A stretch of DNA of 21,101 bases from Bdellovibrio sp. Lineage in GTDB: Bacteria; Bdellovibrionota; Bdellovibrionia; Bdellovibrionales; Bdellovibrionaceae. A program made the position numbers and the translations under genes. Each line of letters opens with the position of its first letter. Position 1 is the first letter of the stretch. Positions 1 through 7,211 of the stretch are shown here, piece by piece. The stretch is from NCBI GenBank assembly GCA_046318155.1, contig JBKCUU010000118.1:1-21101 (forward strand). The letters run 5' to 3'. Below the pieces are notes generated by a model. It was not told where the DNA came from. It ran no database searches and saw only the letters and a list, made by a program, of their open reading frames with translations.

Positions 1-1050
1 GAGCACAATGATGATCATCTCAAGTAAACGACTGCGGCGCTCATTGAGCTCGTTGGTCATGAGCTTGGCAATTTGCGCTAGGTTATTTAGCTTTTGATCG
101 ACACTGTCGCGCCAGTCATTGAATCGGAGCCGCGAGGAGGCCGTTCGAAATATTTGAGCGAGGTAAAAATCTCCGACGACTTTCAGCGAGTTTTCGACGC
201 TTTCAACCGTATCACTGATTTCAAGGTATTTGCGGGCCGCTTCGCGCGACATTTTTTCGGAATAAGTTTCCCAGATGCCAAGACCTTTGCCCTCGAGTGT
301 CGAATACAGGGAAGCCAAGCGCTCATCCAGAACGTCATCGTAGTAGCGCATCTCAAGCAACTGGCAGAGGGCAAATTCGATGACGTCAGGAATATCCAAA
401 TACCCCGAAGGCTCGATAATCAAGGCGCTGTTCCAGTTGATCACGGCGAGATCGGTCTCGCTATATTGAATCGCGCCGTCCATGATCCCTTTTTTGACCT
501 GGTCCGAAAGGCTCTCGGTCGTTTCAGACAAGATCAATCGGTAGACATCATAGTTTTGAAACACCGAGAGGGCGTTCTTCTCGGAGCCAGCAAGCGACTT
601 AAAAAAGTACAGGGTGTAATCCTCAAATGTCTCCCAGTTCATTTTCGTCAAGCGCGACGGATCAAACTGCTGCAGCATTTCGGTGACCTTTTGGACGGCC
701 ATCTGCTGCAAACTCTCGTCATTTTCGAGGGCGGCGCCAATCTCGATCAACTTGTTCCACTCGAGCTCCGGCGGAATCGTCATTTGAATGTTGATCGAAA
801 TCGCGCCAAAGTGCCAAACCTTGGCGGCGACATCGTAATCAAGGCGAATGCCCAAACACTCGTGCTTGCCCCCTTCGAGGGTCAGAGCGAGAGGGGCATT
901 GTTGATAATCATGGCGCGAGAAAACTTCGACAGTCGAAAACGTTGCTGAGTCGTGGCCGTAAAGAGACTGCGTTGAAACTTTTCGAGGTCGACATCCATT
1001 CCGATATCGAACACGCGGTAAGCAAAGATTTTTCCTGCGTTTAAGCCCAT
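1..1050 (-). CDS. RMD1/DUF155 (YagE/Sif2)-like protein, 3'-partial (runs off the window edge)
   Basis: Manual translation from ATG at 1050 gives 350 stop-free codons: MGLNAGKIFAYRVFDIGMDVDLE...VWHFGAISI...EDYTLYFF...QYSETDLAVINWNSAL...IEFALCQLLEMRYYDDVLD...VENSLKVVGDFYLAQIF...DWRDSVDQKL...RRSRLLEMIIIVL. The C-terminal 'LE.IIIVL' TM start resembles the DUF155 family. Absent from the ORF track because the stop is outside the window. Family assignment is from recalled motifs. Confidence 0.75.
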   Translation of the reverse strand, partial: MGLNAGKIFAYRVFDIGMDVDLEKFQRSLFTATTQQRFRLSKFSRAMIINNAPLALTLEGGKHECLGIRLDYDVAAKVWHFGAISINIQMTIPPELEWNKLIEIGAALENDESLQQMAVQKVTEMLQQFDPSRLTKMNWETFEDYTLYFFKSLAGSEKNALSVFQNYDVYRLILSETTESLSDQVKKGIMDGAIQYSETDLAVINWNSALIIEPSGYLDIPDVIEFALCQLLEMRYYDDVLDERLASLYSTLEGKGLGIWETYSEKMSREAARKYLEISDTVESVENSLKVVGDFYLAQIFRTASSRLRFNDWRDSVDQKLNNLAQIAKLMTNELNERRSRLLEMIIIVL

Positions 1051-1136
1051 ACCTCAGTTTAACAGAAGCCGAGGCACCTTGAATCTATTTATACGTCGCA
1101 CTGTGCTGGTGGTAAGAGGGATGAAGACGCAGAGTT

Positions 1137-1223
1137 TGGTGGCCCCGGGGAGAATCGAACTCCCACGTCCTTGCGGACACTGGATTTTGAGTCCAGCGCG
1201 TCTACCAATTCCACCACAGGGCC
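1137..1223 (-). tRNA. tRNA-Leu (anticodon CAA), 87 nt, encoded CCA
   Basis: Reverse complement reads GGCCCTG TGGTGGAATTGGTAGACGCG CTGGA CT-CAA-AA TCCAG TGTCCGCAAGGACGT GGGAG TTCGATT CTCCC CGGGGCC A CCA. It has an acceptor stem, D-loop GG, anticodon arm, long variable arm (class II), TTCGA T-loop, discriminator A and CCA. Confidence 0.98.
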
Positions 1224-1431
1224 GTCTGTTTCGATCAGCTTTTGAAGCCAAAGATCGGTTGATTGGAGGGATCTACTTAATAGGAGATCTTCGCGAGCTC
1301 AAGAAGAAATTTCACGACTTGTCACGAGACTTGTCACTTTTTTGAGCAAACCCACCACTGAGACCAAAAAATCACCCACAAAAAAGCCTTACATATCAGC
1401 AGTTTCGACACTCGGCCATTTTTTGGCGCTC

Positions 1432-1448
1432 TTGGCATACGGGTTGCT
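1432..1448 (+). promoter_or_regulatory. sigma54 (RpoN) -24/-12 promoter for the 1565..2887 gene
   Basis: TTGGCATACGGGTTGCT versus consensus YTGGCACGRNNNTTGCW. GG (1434-1435) and GC (1446-1447) are separated by the canonical 10 nt. Confidence 0.7.
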
Positions 1449-1564
1449 CAGTGCCTGTTCGTTGAACACAGATTCGTCCACCCAAAGGGTGGCACAGTTA
1501 TTTTATTTTGTTTAAAAACACACCGATCGGTTTAAGTGCCGGTCGGGAACAAGGAGAGACCTAA

Positions 1565-2887
1565 ATGAAACGTTTCGCTTATCTGGCCATGGCAGTCCTG
1601 TTGCCTGTGACAAGCTTGGCCCAGAGTAATTACACGTTTGATGACGAAGTGAATGCTGAACTTGAGAAAATGTATCAAGGACAAGGAACTTCAAGTTCCA
1701 ACAGCGGTTCTAATCCCATTCAAGCGCAAACAGGCCCACAAGTTCAAGTCAACGTGGCAACAAATCAGGGGACGACGGTAACGCCGACTCAGACTGCTCC
1801 CGTTGTTGCGCAAGTTGCGCCCGTCTCGCAACCTGTAGCCGTGACTCAGCCCACGACTGTTATTGATCAGCCGATCGCAGTCAGCGCGCCGATCGTGCAA
1901 AAACAAGAAACGACTGTGATTTCGGCGACTCCTTTGAAAGAGTCGAAGGCTGAACAAATTCGTAAATCACGCCAGGACGCCGAGATCTCGACAGAGCAAA
2001 ACATCGTCGTGAAACTCGAAGAGTCTCGTCTTGAAGATGAAAAACGCCGCTCCGAAGTTTTATTCGGAGATAAATTTCAAACACTTCAAGGCCAAAACGC
2101 CTTGATCAATAACAGTCCGAACTCGTCGGTGATTCAGCAACAAGAAACAATCGTTGCTCCCGCGGTTGCAACACCTGTCATTGCAACACCGGTGATCGTC
2201 ACGGAAGCTCCTGTGGTTGTTTCTGCTCCCGTCAAACACGAAGACCGTGACGATGTTCGCGGTGAAGTTCGCGCTTCGATCCAAGAGATGAAAGAAGAGA
2301 AAAAATCTGAGACACGTTCTTACTTCTCGGGTTTGGCTGGTCTTGGTGATTACCCCGATGTTAAAAACGTTCGTGGTAACTACTCGCTTGGTTTCTCGTT
2401 CGGTCAAAAGTTTAATGACCGTCTATTGGCCGAAGGTTCTTTCCTCTACTCAAACTTTGATGTTGAGCAGCGTGAAGGGGTCGTGATCTGTAATCCTGGT
2501 TGCGTGGCTTACCCCCGCATCACTCGCATGGATCAGTATGCTGGTTCGGCGCAGATGAAGTACCAGTTGCTTGGCGGAATGATCCGCCCTGTCATCGGTG
2601 GAGCCTTGGCTTACGTGTACCGCACCTTCTCCGATTCTCAGTTCGGCAACTCGAGCAACTATGCTCAATCACACGCTCTTGATTTGGGTCTTGTCACTGG
2701 TGTTGACGTTGAGTTTTCTGAGAAATTCACGATCGGTTTGGATGCTCGTTATATGTGGAATATGACAAATCGCAGCCAGACTTCGGGATTCCAACAATCG
2801 TTCTCGCAAAGCGTTTACGGTTCGGACACTCCAATCGAACAGCTCAGCTACATGAACATCTCGCTCGTTGGCCGCGCTACTTTTTAA
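1565..2887 (+). CDS. Outer-membrane beta-barrel protein with signal peptide and long Q/T/V/P-rich and charged helical N-terminal region
   Basis: SD AAGGAG at 1551-1556; signal peptide MKRFAYLAMAVLLPVTSLA-Q. The C-terminal ~190 aa have alternating amphipathic strands (YSLGFSFGQ, LDLGLVTGVDVEF, IGLDARYMW) and end in a beta-signal ISLVGRATF. Confidence 0.85.
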   Translation: MKRFAYLAMAVLLPVTSLAQSNYTFDDEVNAELEKMYQGQGTSSSNSGSNPIQAQTGPQVQVNVATNQGTTVTPTQTAPVVAQVAPVSQPVAVTQPTTVIDQPIAVSAPIVQKQETTVISATPLKESKAEQIRKSRQDAEISTEQNIVVKLEESRLEDEKRRSEVLFGDKFQTLQGQNALINNSPNSSVIQQQETIVAPAVATPVIATPVIVTEAPVVVSAPVKHEDRDDVRGEVRASIQEMKEEKKSETRSYFSGLAGLGDYPDVKNVRGNYSLGFSFGQKFNDRLLAEGSFLYSNFDVEQREGVVICNPGCVAYPRITRMDQYAGSAQMKYQLLGGMIRPVIGGALAYVYRTFSDSQFGNSSNYAQSHALDLGLVTGVDVEFSEKFTIGLDARYMWNMTNRSQTSGFQQSFSQSVYGSDTPIEQLSYMNISLVGRATF

Positions 2888-2942
2888 TCAAAAAAGAGAT
2901 CTGTGTTTAGATCTTAAGTTTTACGAAATTCCTTGTGTGATG

Positions 2943-2979
2943 AAGCCCTGGCTCCAAAAGAGCCGGGGCTTTTTCTTTT
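2943..2979 (+). terminator. Rho-independent terminator after the OMP gene, between convergent genes
   Basis: 12-bp stem AAGCCCTGGCTC / loop CAAAA / GAGCCGGGGCTT followed by TTTTCTTTT. Confidence 0.88.
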
Positions 2980-3649
2980 AAGATGAGCCCGCAATCGCGC
3001 GGCGCTGAACTTCAAGGCTCAAGAGCGTCATGCGCTGATTCGGGGATTTGAGGAATTCTATTCCGTAATGAGTTTGAGTGCCGGTGTCGGTTTTGACATC
3101 TTGGATGTGGCGAATCGTGCCTTCGATGTTGATTAATTTTTGCGGGCCTGAATGTAAGACGCCTTTGACCAACATGCCGCTCGTCAGCACCGGGCCCCTG
3201 TAGTCGGTGTAAAAAAAACGAACGCCGCCGGCTGAGATGTCATGCGCTTGGGCGAGCACGAAAACTTTTTTGCCATCAATCTCAGTCAGGTTCATTTCGA
3301 GTTTTAAAAAAACCGGAACTTCCACACGCATACTCGCCCGGCGTTGAAACTGAAACAAATCCCCCGCGACATCAACTATCACGCGGCTGCCGCGAACTTC
3401 GGCTTGGCCGTTGTAAAAATAGCGGTGGGGTGCAAGGACAAAAGAAGCCAGGACTTCGTGTTTGCCTTCGGGGATTGTGCCGGCAGGGAGGTGTCCCGAA
3501 AAGAAATCACCTTCGAGCGTCGGAATGAAGGCGACCAAATGATCTTCGCCAATTTTAAGGGTCACCTCGGCATGTTCAAGATCGGCTTGGGCCAAAATTT
3601 TCTTCTTTTCGAGGTTGGACCTGACCTTTTCGAATGCCGCTTTGCTCAT
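2978..3649 (-). CDS. PilZ-domain c-di-GMP-binding protein
   Basis: Intact RxxxR (QRRASMR) and DxSxxG (DISAGG) motifs, a C-terminal 'YGIEF' strand, and a ~100-aa N-terminal domain (YcgR-like layout). Confidence 0.88.
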   Translation of the reverse strand: MSKAAFEKVRSNLEKKKILAQADLEHAEVTLKIGEDHLVAFIPTLEGDFFSGHLPAGTIPEGKHEVLASFVLAPHRYFYNGQAEVRGSRVIVDVAGDLFQFQRRASMRVEVPVFLKLEMNLTEIDGKKVFVLAQAHDISAGGVRFFYTDYRGPVLTSGMLVKGVLHSGPQKLINIEGTIRHIQDVKTDTGTQTHYGIEFLKSPNQRMTLLSLEVQRRAIAGSS

Positions 3650-3738
3650 GGATCAACGACACCACTTTGAGGCTCGAAAATCAAACACGGGCTGGGGCTG
3701 GTCTTGACTTCAGAATAAGAGGCGTTAGCCTGAAAACC

Positions 3739-4416
3739 ATGCTTTCAAATTGTTCGTTGATCTTTGCATCTCTTGCGCTCATGGCCTCGCCTCAGGTCTG
3801 GGCGGCGTCCGAGGTCGTCAACGCGGCCATCGGGCAAGTGGGCGAACGCGTGGTGACCTCTCGAGAAGTCTTGATCTCGCATTTTTTTGAACGCTGGCAG
3901 TTGGCCGCGCGGAGCAAAGAAGCGTCCGCACAGCTGCCCAAATCTGACTGGAAAATCACGCCTGGTACGGATGTGTTTAAACAGGCGTCGTCGTCTTTTG
4001 TTCTTGAGTGCATGGTTGATCTTGAAGCCGAAAACTTTGTCGTCGCCCGGGTTGAGGATGAAGTCGTTCAAGAAACGACCAAGAGTTTTTTGAATGCCGT
4101 GGGCGGTTCGCCCGATTGGAAAAAGCTCGAGACCAATACGAGCGAAGTGCAAAAGATGGTCGAGCTCAAGCTGCGCGCGCAAAACTTTCTGAAGTTTAAA
4201 ACGGAGTCTGCGGGCGTTGTCGTGACCGATGCGGACACCAAAGCGTACTACGAGAAAAACCGTCTTAAATTTGGCAACATGCCCTACGATCAGTTTAAAA
4301 ATAGCATCCGCGAAGTTCTCTCAACACAAATTCTGGAAGACCGCCTCAAGGATTGGTTCGAAGTTCTGCGCCGCAAGTACCGCGTCCGGTTCTTGGGCGA
4401 GAGCCGCGAAATATGA
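3739..4416 (+). CDS. Periplasmic SurA N-terminal-domain-like chaperone lacking a PPIase domain
   Basis: ATG at 3739 gives signal peptide MLSNCSLIFASLALMASPQVWA. 'EVVNAAIGQVGERVVTSREV', 'VTDADTKAYYEKN' and the C-terminal 'RLKDWFEVLRRKYRV' resemble SurA/PrsA N- and C-helices. The 3634 start in the track overlaps the divergent PilZ gene. Confidence 0.7.
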   Translation: MLSNCSLIFASLALMASPQVWAASEVVNAAIGQVGERVVTSREVLISHFFERWQLAARSKEASAQLPKSDWKITPGTDVFKQASSSFVLECMVDLEAENFVVARVEDEVVQETTKSFLNAVGGSPDWKKLETNTSEVQKMVELKLRAQNFLKFKTESAGVVVTDADTKAYYEKNRLKFGNMPYDQFKNSIREVLSTQILEDRLKDWFEVLRRKYRVRFLGESREI

Positions 4417-4862
4417 TTCAGCGTCTGACAGAGTTGAGCGGTTTAGACTGGGTGGACAGGGTCCATTCGTCGTCTTTTCGGTGGACTTTGCCCAAGCTGC
4501 AAGAGCTGGCCGCCAGCCATGAGTTTTGGGGCTTGTTTGAAGAGCCCGAACCTGGCTCAAAAGGGCCGGCTACGGCCCCTCTTCGACCCATTGCATTTGT
4601 GGCCCTCATCAAGCTTCCGCATGCCTGGGAGCTGCCTGTTTTGGCGACCCATCCGGCCCATCAGGGGCGGGGACAAATGAGAAAACTTCTGGTGTCGGTC
4701 TTTATTGCGAAGTGTCAAGCTGCTGAAATCTGGCTGGAAGTTCACGAGGCCAACCTTCCTGCCCGGTCTCTTTACAACAGCTTAGGCTTTACCGAAGTGG
4801 GGCGACGTCCTCGGTATTATGCCGACGGTGGAACAGCTCTTTTGCTGAGCCGCCGACCTTGA
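4413..4862 (+). CDS. GNAT N-acetyltransferase, RimI-like
   Basis: ATGA overlap with the upstream stop. Motif A 'LATHPAHQGRGQMRKL', 'IWLEVHEANLPARSLYNSLGF' and RimI-type tail 'GRRPRYYADG'. Confidence 0.85.
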   Translation: MIQRLTELSGLDWVDRVHSSSFRWTLPKLQELAASHEFWGLFEEPEPGSKGPATAPLRPIAFVALIKLPHAWELPVLATHPAHQGRGQMRKLLVSVFIAKCQAAEIWLEVHEANLPARSLYNSLGFTEVGRRPRYYADGGTALLLSRRP

Positions 4863-4871
4863 TTTAAGTCC

Positions 4872-4900
4872 TTGCATCTCCTCACGATTTCATCTATCTA
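4872..4900 (+). promoter_or_regulatory. Candidate sigma70 promoter for the rimP-nusA-infB operon
   Basis: TTGCAT-17 nt-TATCTA immediately upstream of the leader hairpins. Confidence 0.5.
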
Positions 4901-4933
4901 ATGACCTGTGCTTTCCTCGAAGGGAAAGCTCGG

Positions 4934-4962
4934 AAGTGGGCTGGGGACAGCCCACTTTTTTT
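4934..4962 (+). terminator. rimP-leader attenuator/terminator hairpin
   Basis: AAGTGGGCTG / GGGA (GNRA loop) / CAGCCCACTT plus a T-run. The GGGC...GCCC stem upstream of rimP matches the described rimP-leader terminator motif. Confidence 0.85.
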
Positions 4963-4990
4963 GTTTGTAGGCCCGCCTTTCGCCGTTCGC

Positions 4991-5031
4991 GCCACTGCAG
5001 GGGCGCATGTGATTGAGCCACTGCAGGGGCG
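4991..5031. repeat. 15-bp direct repeat GCCACTGCAGGGGCG x2 (period 26)
   Basis: Exact copies at 4991-5005 and 5017-5031. Confidence 0.9.
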
Positions 5032-5065
5032 TAACGAACTCGGGTGATGGGGCTGTAAGGGAAAA

Positions 5066-5620
5066 ATGCTTTCGATTGAATTATTGCAGAAATTAGAGAC
5101 CCTCGCGGGGCAAGTGACCATCCGTGAGGGATGCGAATTGTACGATATCGAAATGGCCGGCGTTGGCGGTAGACGCACGCTGCGGGTCCTCATCGATAAA
5201 AATCCCGGCGGCGCAAATGTGGATGACTGCTCCAACGTCTCGCGTGGTTTGAGCCTTTTGCTTGATGTCGAAGATCCCATACAAGGCGCTTATGATCTTG
5301 AGGTTTCAACACCGGGTCTTGATCGGATTTTACGCAAGCCTTGGCACTATTCACGCGTGGTTGGCAAAAAAATTTGGGTCCGCACGGGCAAAGCTTTTGA
5401 AGAGTTTGGTGTTCAAGCCGCGAAAAATAAACCGATCAAACAGGCTACCGAAACTTTGATCGCTGCGGATGAGCATGGGATTGAATTTATCTTAGATAAC
5501 GAAACAGTAAAGATTCCTTTCTCTGAGATTGAAAAGGGAAAACTCGTGTTCGAGTTTGAGCCGAAGGGTCAGAAAAAGGGCGAGAAGAAAACACCGCCTC
5601 CTAAAAAAGGCAAAAAATAA
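5066..5620 (+). CDS. rimP: Ribosome maturation factor RimP
   Basis: 'LRVLIDK...DDCSNVSR', 'YDLEVSTPGLDRIL'; located directly upstream of nusA. Confidence 0.97.
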   Translation: MLSIELLQKLETLAGQVTIREGCELYDIEMAGVGGRRTLRVLIDKNPGGANVDDCSNVSRGLSLLLDVEDPIQGAYDLEVSTPGLDRILRKPWHYSRVVGKKIWVRTGKAFEEFGVQAAKNKPIKQATETLIAADEHGIEFILDNETVKIPFSEIEKGKLVFEFEPKGQKKGEKKTPPPKKGKK

Positions 5621-5717
5621 CGTCCTTAAAAAAAGGGGCGTCAGCCGCCCACCGGGGCGCAAACGTAAACGTCGTTTCGTGAAGAAACGCAAACAGAAGA
5701 TGAACGGGGAGACCTGG

Positions 5718-7118
5718 ATGGCAGACAATATGTTCTCGGACTTAAGCCGAGTGATCGAGCAAGTCGGAAAAGACAAAGGAATCGACCGTCAAGTGATCGT
5801 CGATGCCGTGATTCAAGGGATGCTGGTTGCTGCTCGTAAAAAATACGGCACCTACCGCGAAATTGAAGCGTCTTACAACGACGACACAGGTGAAATTGAA
5901 TTGTTCGAGTTCAAAGAAGTTGTCGACCGCGAAAAGTTTATCGATGAAGAAGTCGAAATTCCTCTCGACGAAGCTCTTAAGCTTGATCCTGGTGCTCAGC
6001 TTGATGACTCGATCGGGATCAAACTTGACTCCTCTGATCTAGGCCGCATTGCTGCGCAAACGGCCAAACAAATTATCATGCAACGTGTTCGTGATGCTGA
6101 ACGCGAGATTATTTTTAACGAATTTGAATCACGCAAAGGTGAAGTGGCTTCGGGGATCGCCCGCCGGGTTGAGCGCGGAGCGATTGTTGTCGATCTCGGT
6201 AAAACCGAGGCCTTCATCCCGCCTCGCGAGCAAATCCCTGGCGAGTCTTACAAGCCTGGCGATCGCATCCAAGGTTACCTATCAGAAGTTCGTCAAACGA
6301 CACGTGGTCCTCAGATCATCATGTCGCGTGCAGATGAGCGTTACTTGATGAAGTTATTCGAAACTGAAGTTCCCGAGATTTATGATGGTATCGTCGAGAT
6401 CATGGCGGCTGCTCGCGAGCCCGGTGCTCGCGCCAAAATCGCGGTTCGCTCAAACGATGCGGCAGTTGATCCTGTCGGCGCCTGCGTCGGGATGAAGGGA
6501 ACTCGCGTTCAAAATATCGTCCAAGAGCTTCGCGGCGAAAAGATCGACATTGTTCCTTGGGACGAAGACGTCACTCGCTTTGCGGCCAACGCCTTGGCGC
6601 CCGCAGAAATCTCGCGCATCTTCTTGGATGAAGAAAACAAGGAGCTCGAAGTTGTCGTTCCCGACAATCAACTCTCTTTGGCGATTGGTAAAAAAGGTCA
6701 GAACGTTCGTTTGGCGGCCAAGCTCACAGGCTGGAAGATTGACATCTTGTCAGAGTCATCGGCGTCGGCTCGCACAGCGGAGGCGATTTTCAATCTGACA
6801 TTGATCCCTGGCCTCAATGAGACCATGGCGCAAAATATCTTCCAATCGGGATTCAGCTCTTTTCCGATTTTGGCGCAAGCTCAAATCGAGGAAGTCATGG
6901 CAGTCCCTGGTTATGACGATCCGGCGAAAGCAGAGAAATTGATTCAAGAAGCAAAAAGCCTTGTTGAAAAATACCAAAGAGAGGGTACGCCCATTCCTCA
7001 ATCGCCGCAGGCTCAGGCTATGGCGAATGCCAAGGGCGATGCCAAGGCGCAAGCTGATTTGCGCTTGAAACAAGAACTTGAAAAGCTCGAAGCCCAAGAG
7101 GGTTCCGAGTCTAATTAA
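5718..7118 (+). CDS. nusA: Transcription termination/antitermination factor NusA
   Basis: 'GRIAAQTAKQII', S1 and KH domains ('AREPGARAKIAV', 'DPVGACVGMKG', 'LSLAIGKKGQNVRLA'), C-terminal HhH-like extension. Start placed at ATG 5718 with SD GGGGAG at 5706-5711. Confidence 0.97.
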   Translation: MADNMFSDLSRVIEQVGKDKGIDRQVIVDAVIQGMLVAARKKYGTYREIEASYNDDTGEIELFEFKEVVDREKFIDEEVEIPLDEALKLDPGAQLDDSIGIKLDSSDLGRIAAQTAKQIIMQRVRDAEREIIFNEFESRKGEVASGIARRVERGAIVVDLGKTEAFIPPREQIPGESYKPGDRIQGYLSEVRQTTRGPQIIMSRADERYLMKLFETEVPEIYDGIVEIMAAAREPGARAKIAVRSNDAAVDPVGACVGMKGTRVQNIVQELRGEKIDIVPWDEDVTRFAANALAPAEISRIFLDEENKELEVVVPDNQLSLAIGKKGQNVRLAAKLTGWKIDILSESSASARTAEAIFNLTLIPGLNETMAQNIFQSGFSSFPILAQAQIEEVMAVPGYDDPAKAEKLIQEAKSLVEKYQREGTPIPQSPQAQAMANAKGDAKAQADLRLKQELEKLEAQEGSESN

Positions 7119-7211
7119 TGATGTGCTGGCAGGACTTTGTGGTCCTGCCGAAGGGCCCAAGAAATAGTGGCTCAAAAGCGGTTGACCGCTGATGAGTGTG
7201 AAGGAGTTTGA

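Noticed and set aside
94..1044. 316-aa plus-strand ORF in the ORF track
   Set aside because: Antisense shadow of the minus-strand RMD1-like gene; no motifs and a TTG start without SD.
1054..1345. Short ORFs overlapping the tRNA; tRNA as a possible integration site
   Set aside because: The ORFs are translations of the tRNA-Leu gene. No integrase, and no duplicated tRNA 3' end seen in the window.
1490..1505. Second TGGCAC sigma54-like -24 box
   Set aside because: No GC at the -12 position (TGGCACAGTTATTTT).
1465..1546. Possible c-di-GMP riboswitch in the OMP 5' UTR (PilZ gene nearby)
   Set aside because: Lacks the c-di-GMP-I hallmarks (GGCAAAC...GNRA-capped P2, ACGCAAA, tetraloop receptor); only generic hairpins.
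4991..5031. Direct repeat as a mini-CRISPR
   Set aside because: Only two 15-bp units with an 11-nt spacer, far below CRISPR dimensions, and no cas genes.
5529..5717. 529-aa NusA with long N-terminal extension as in the ORF track
   Set aside because: The 5529 start is a non-ATG codon inside rimP; NusA homology and an SD support ATG 5718.
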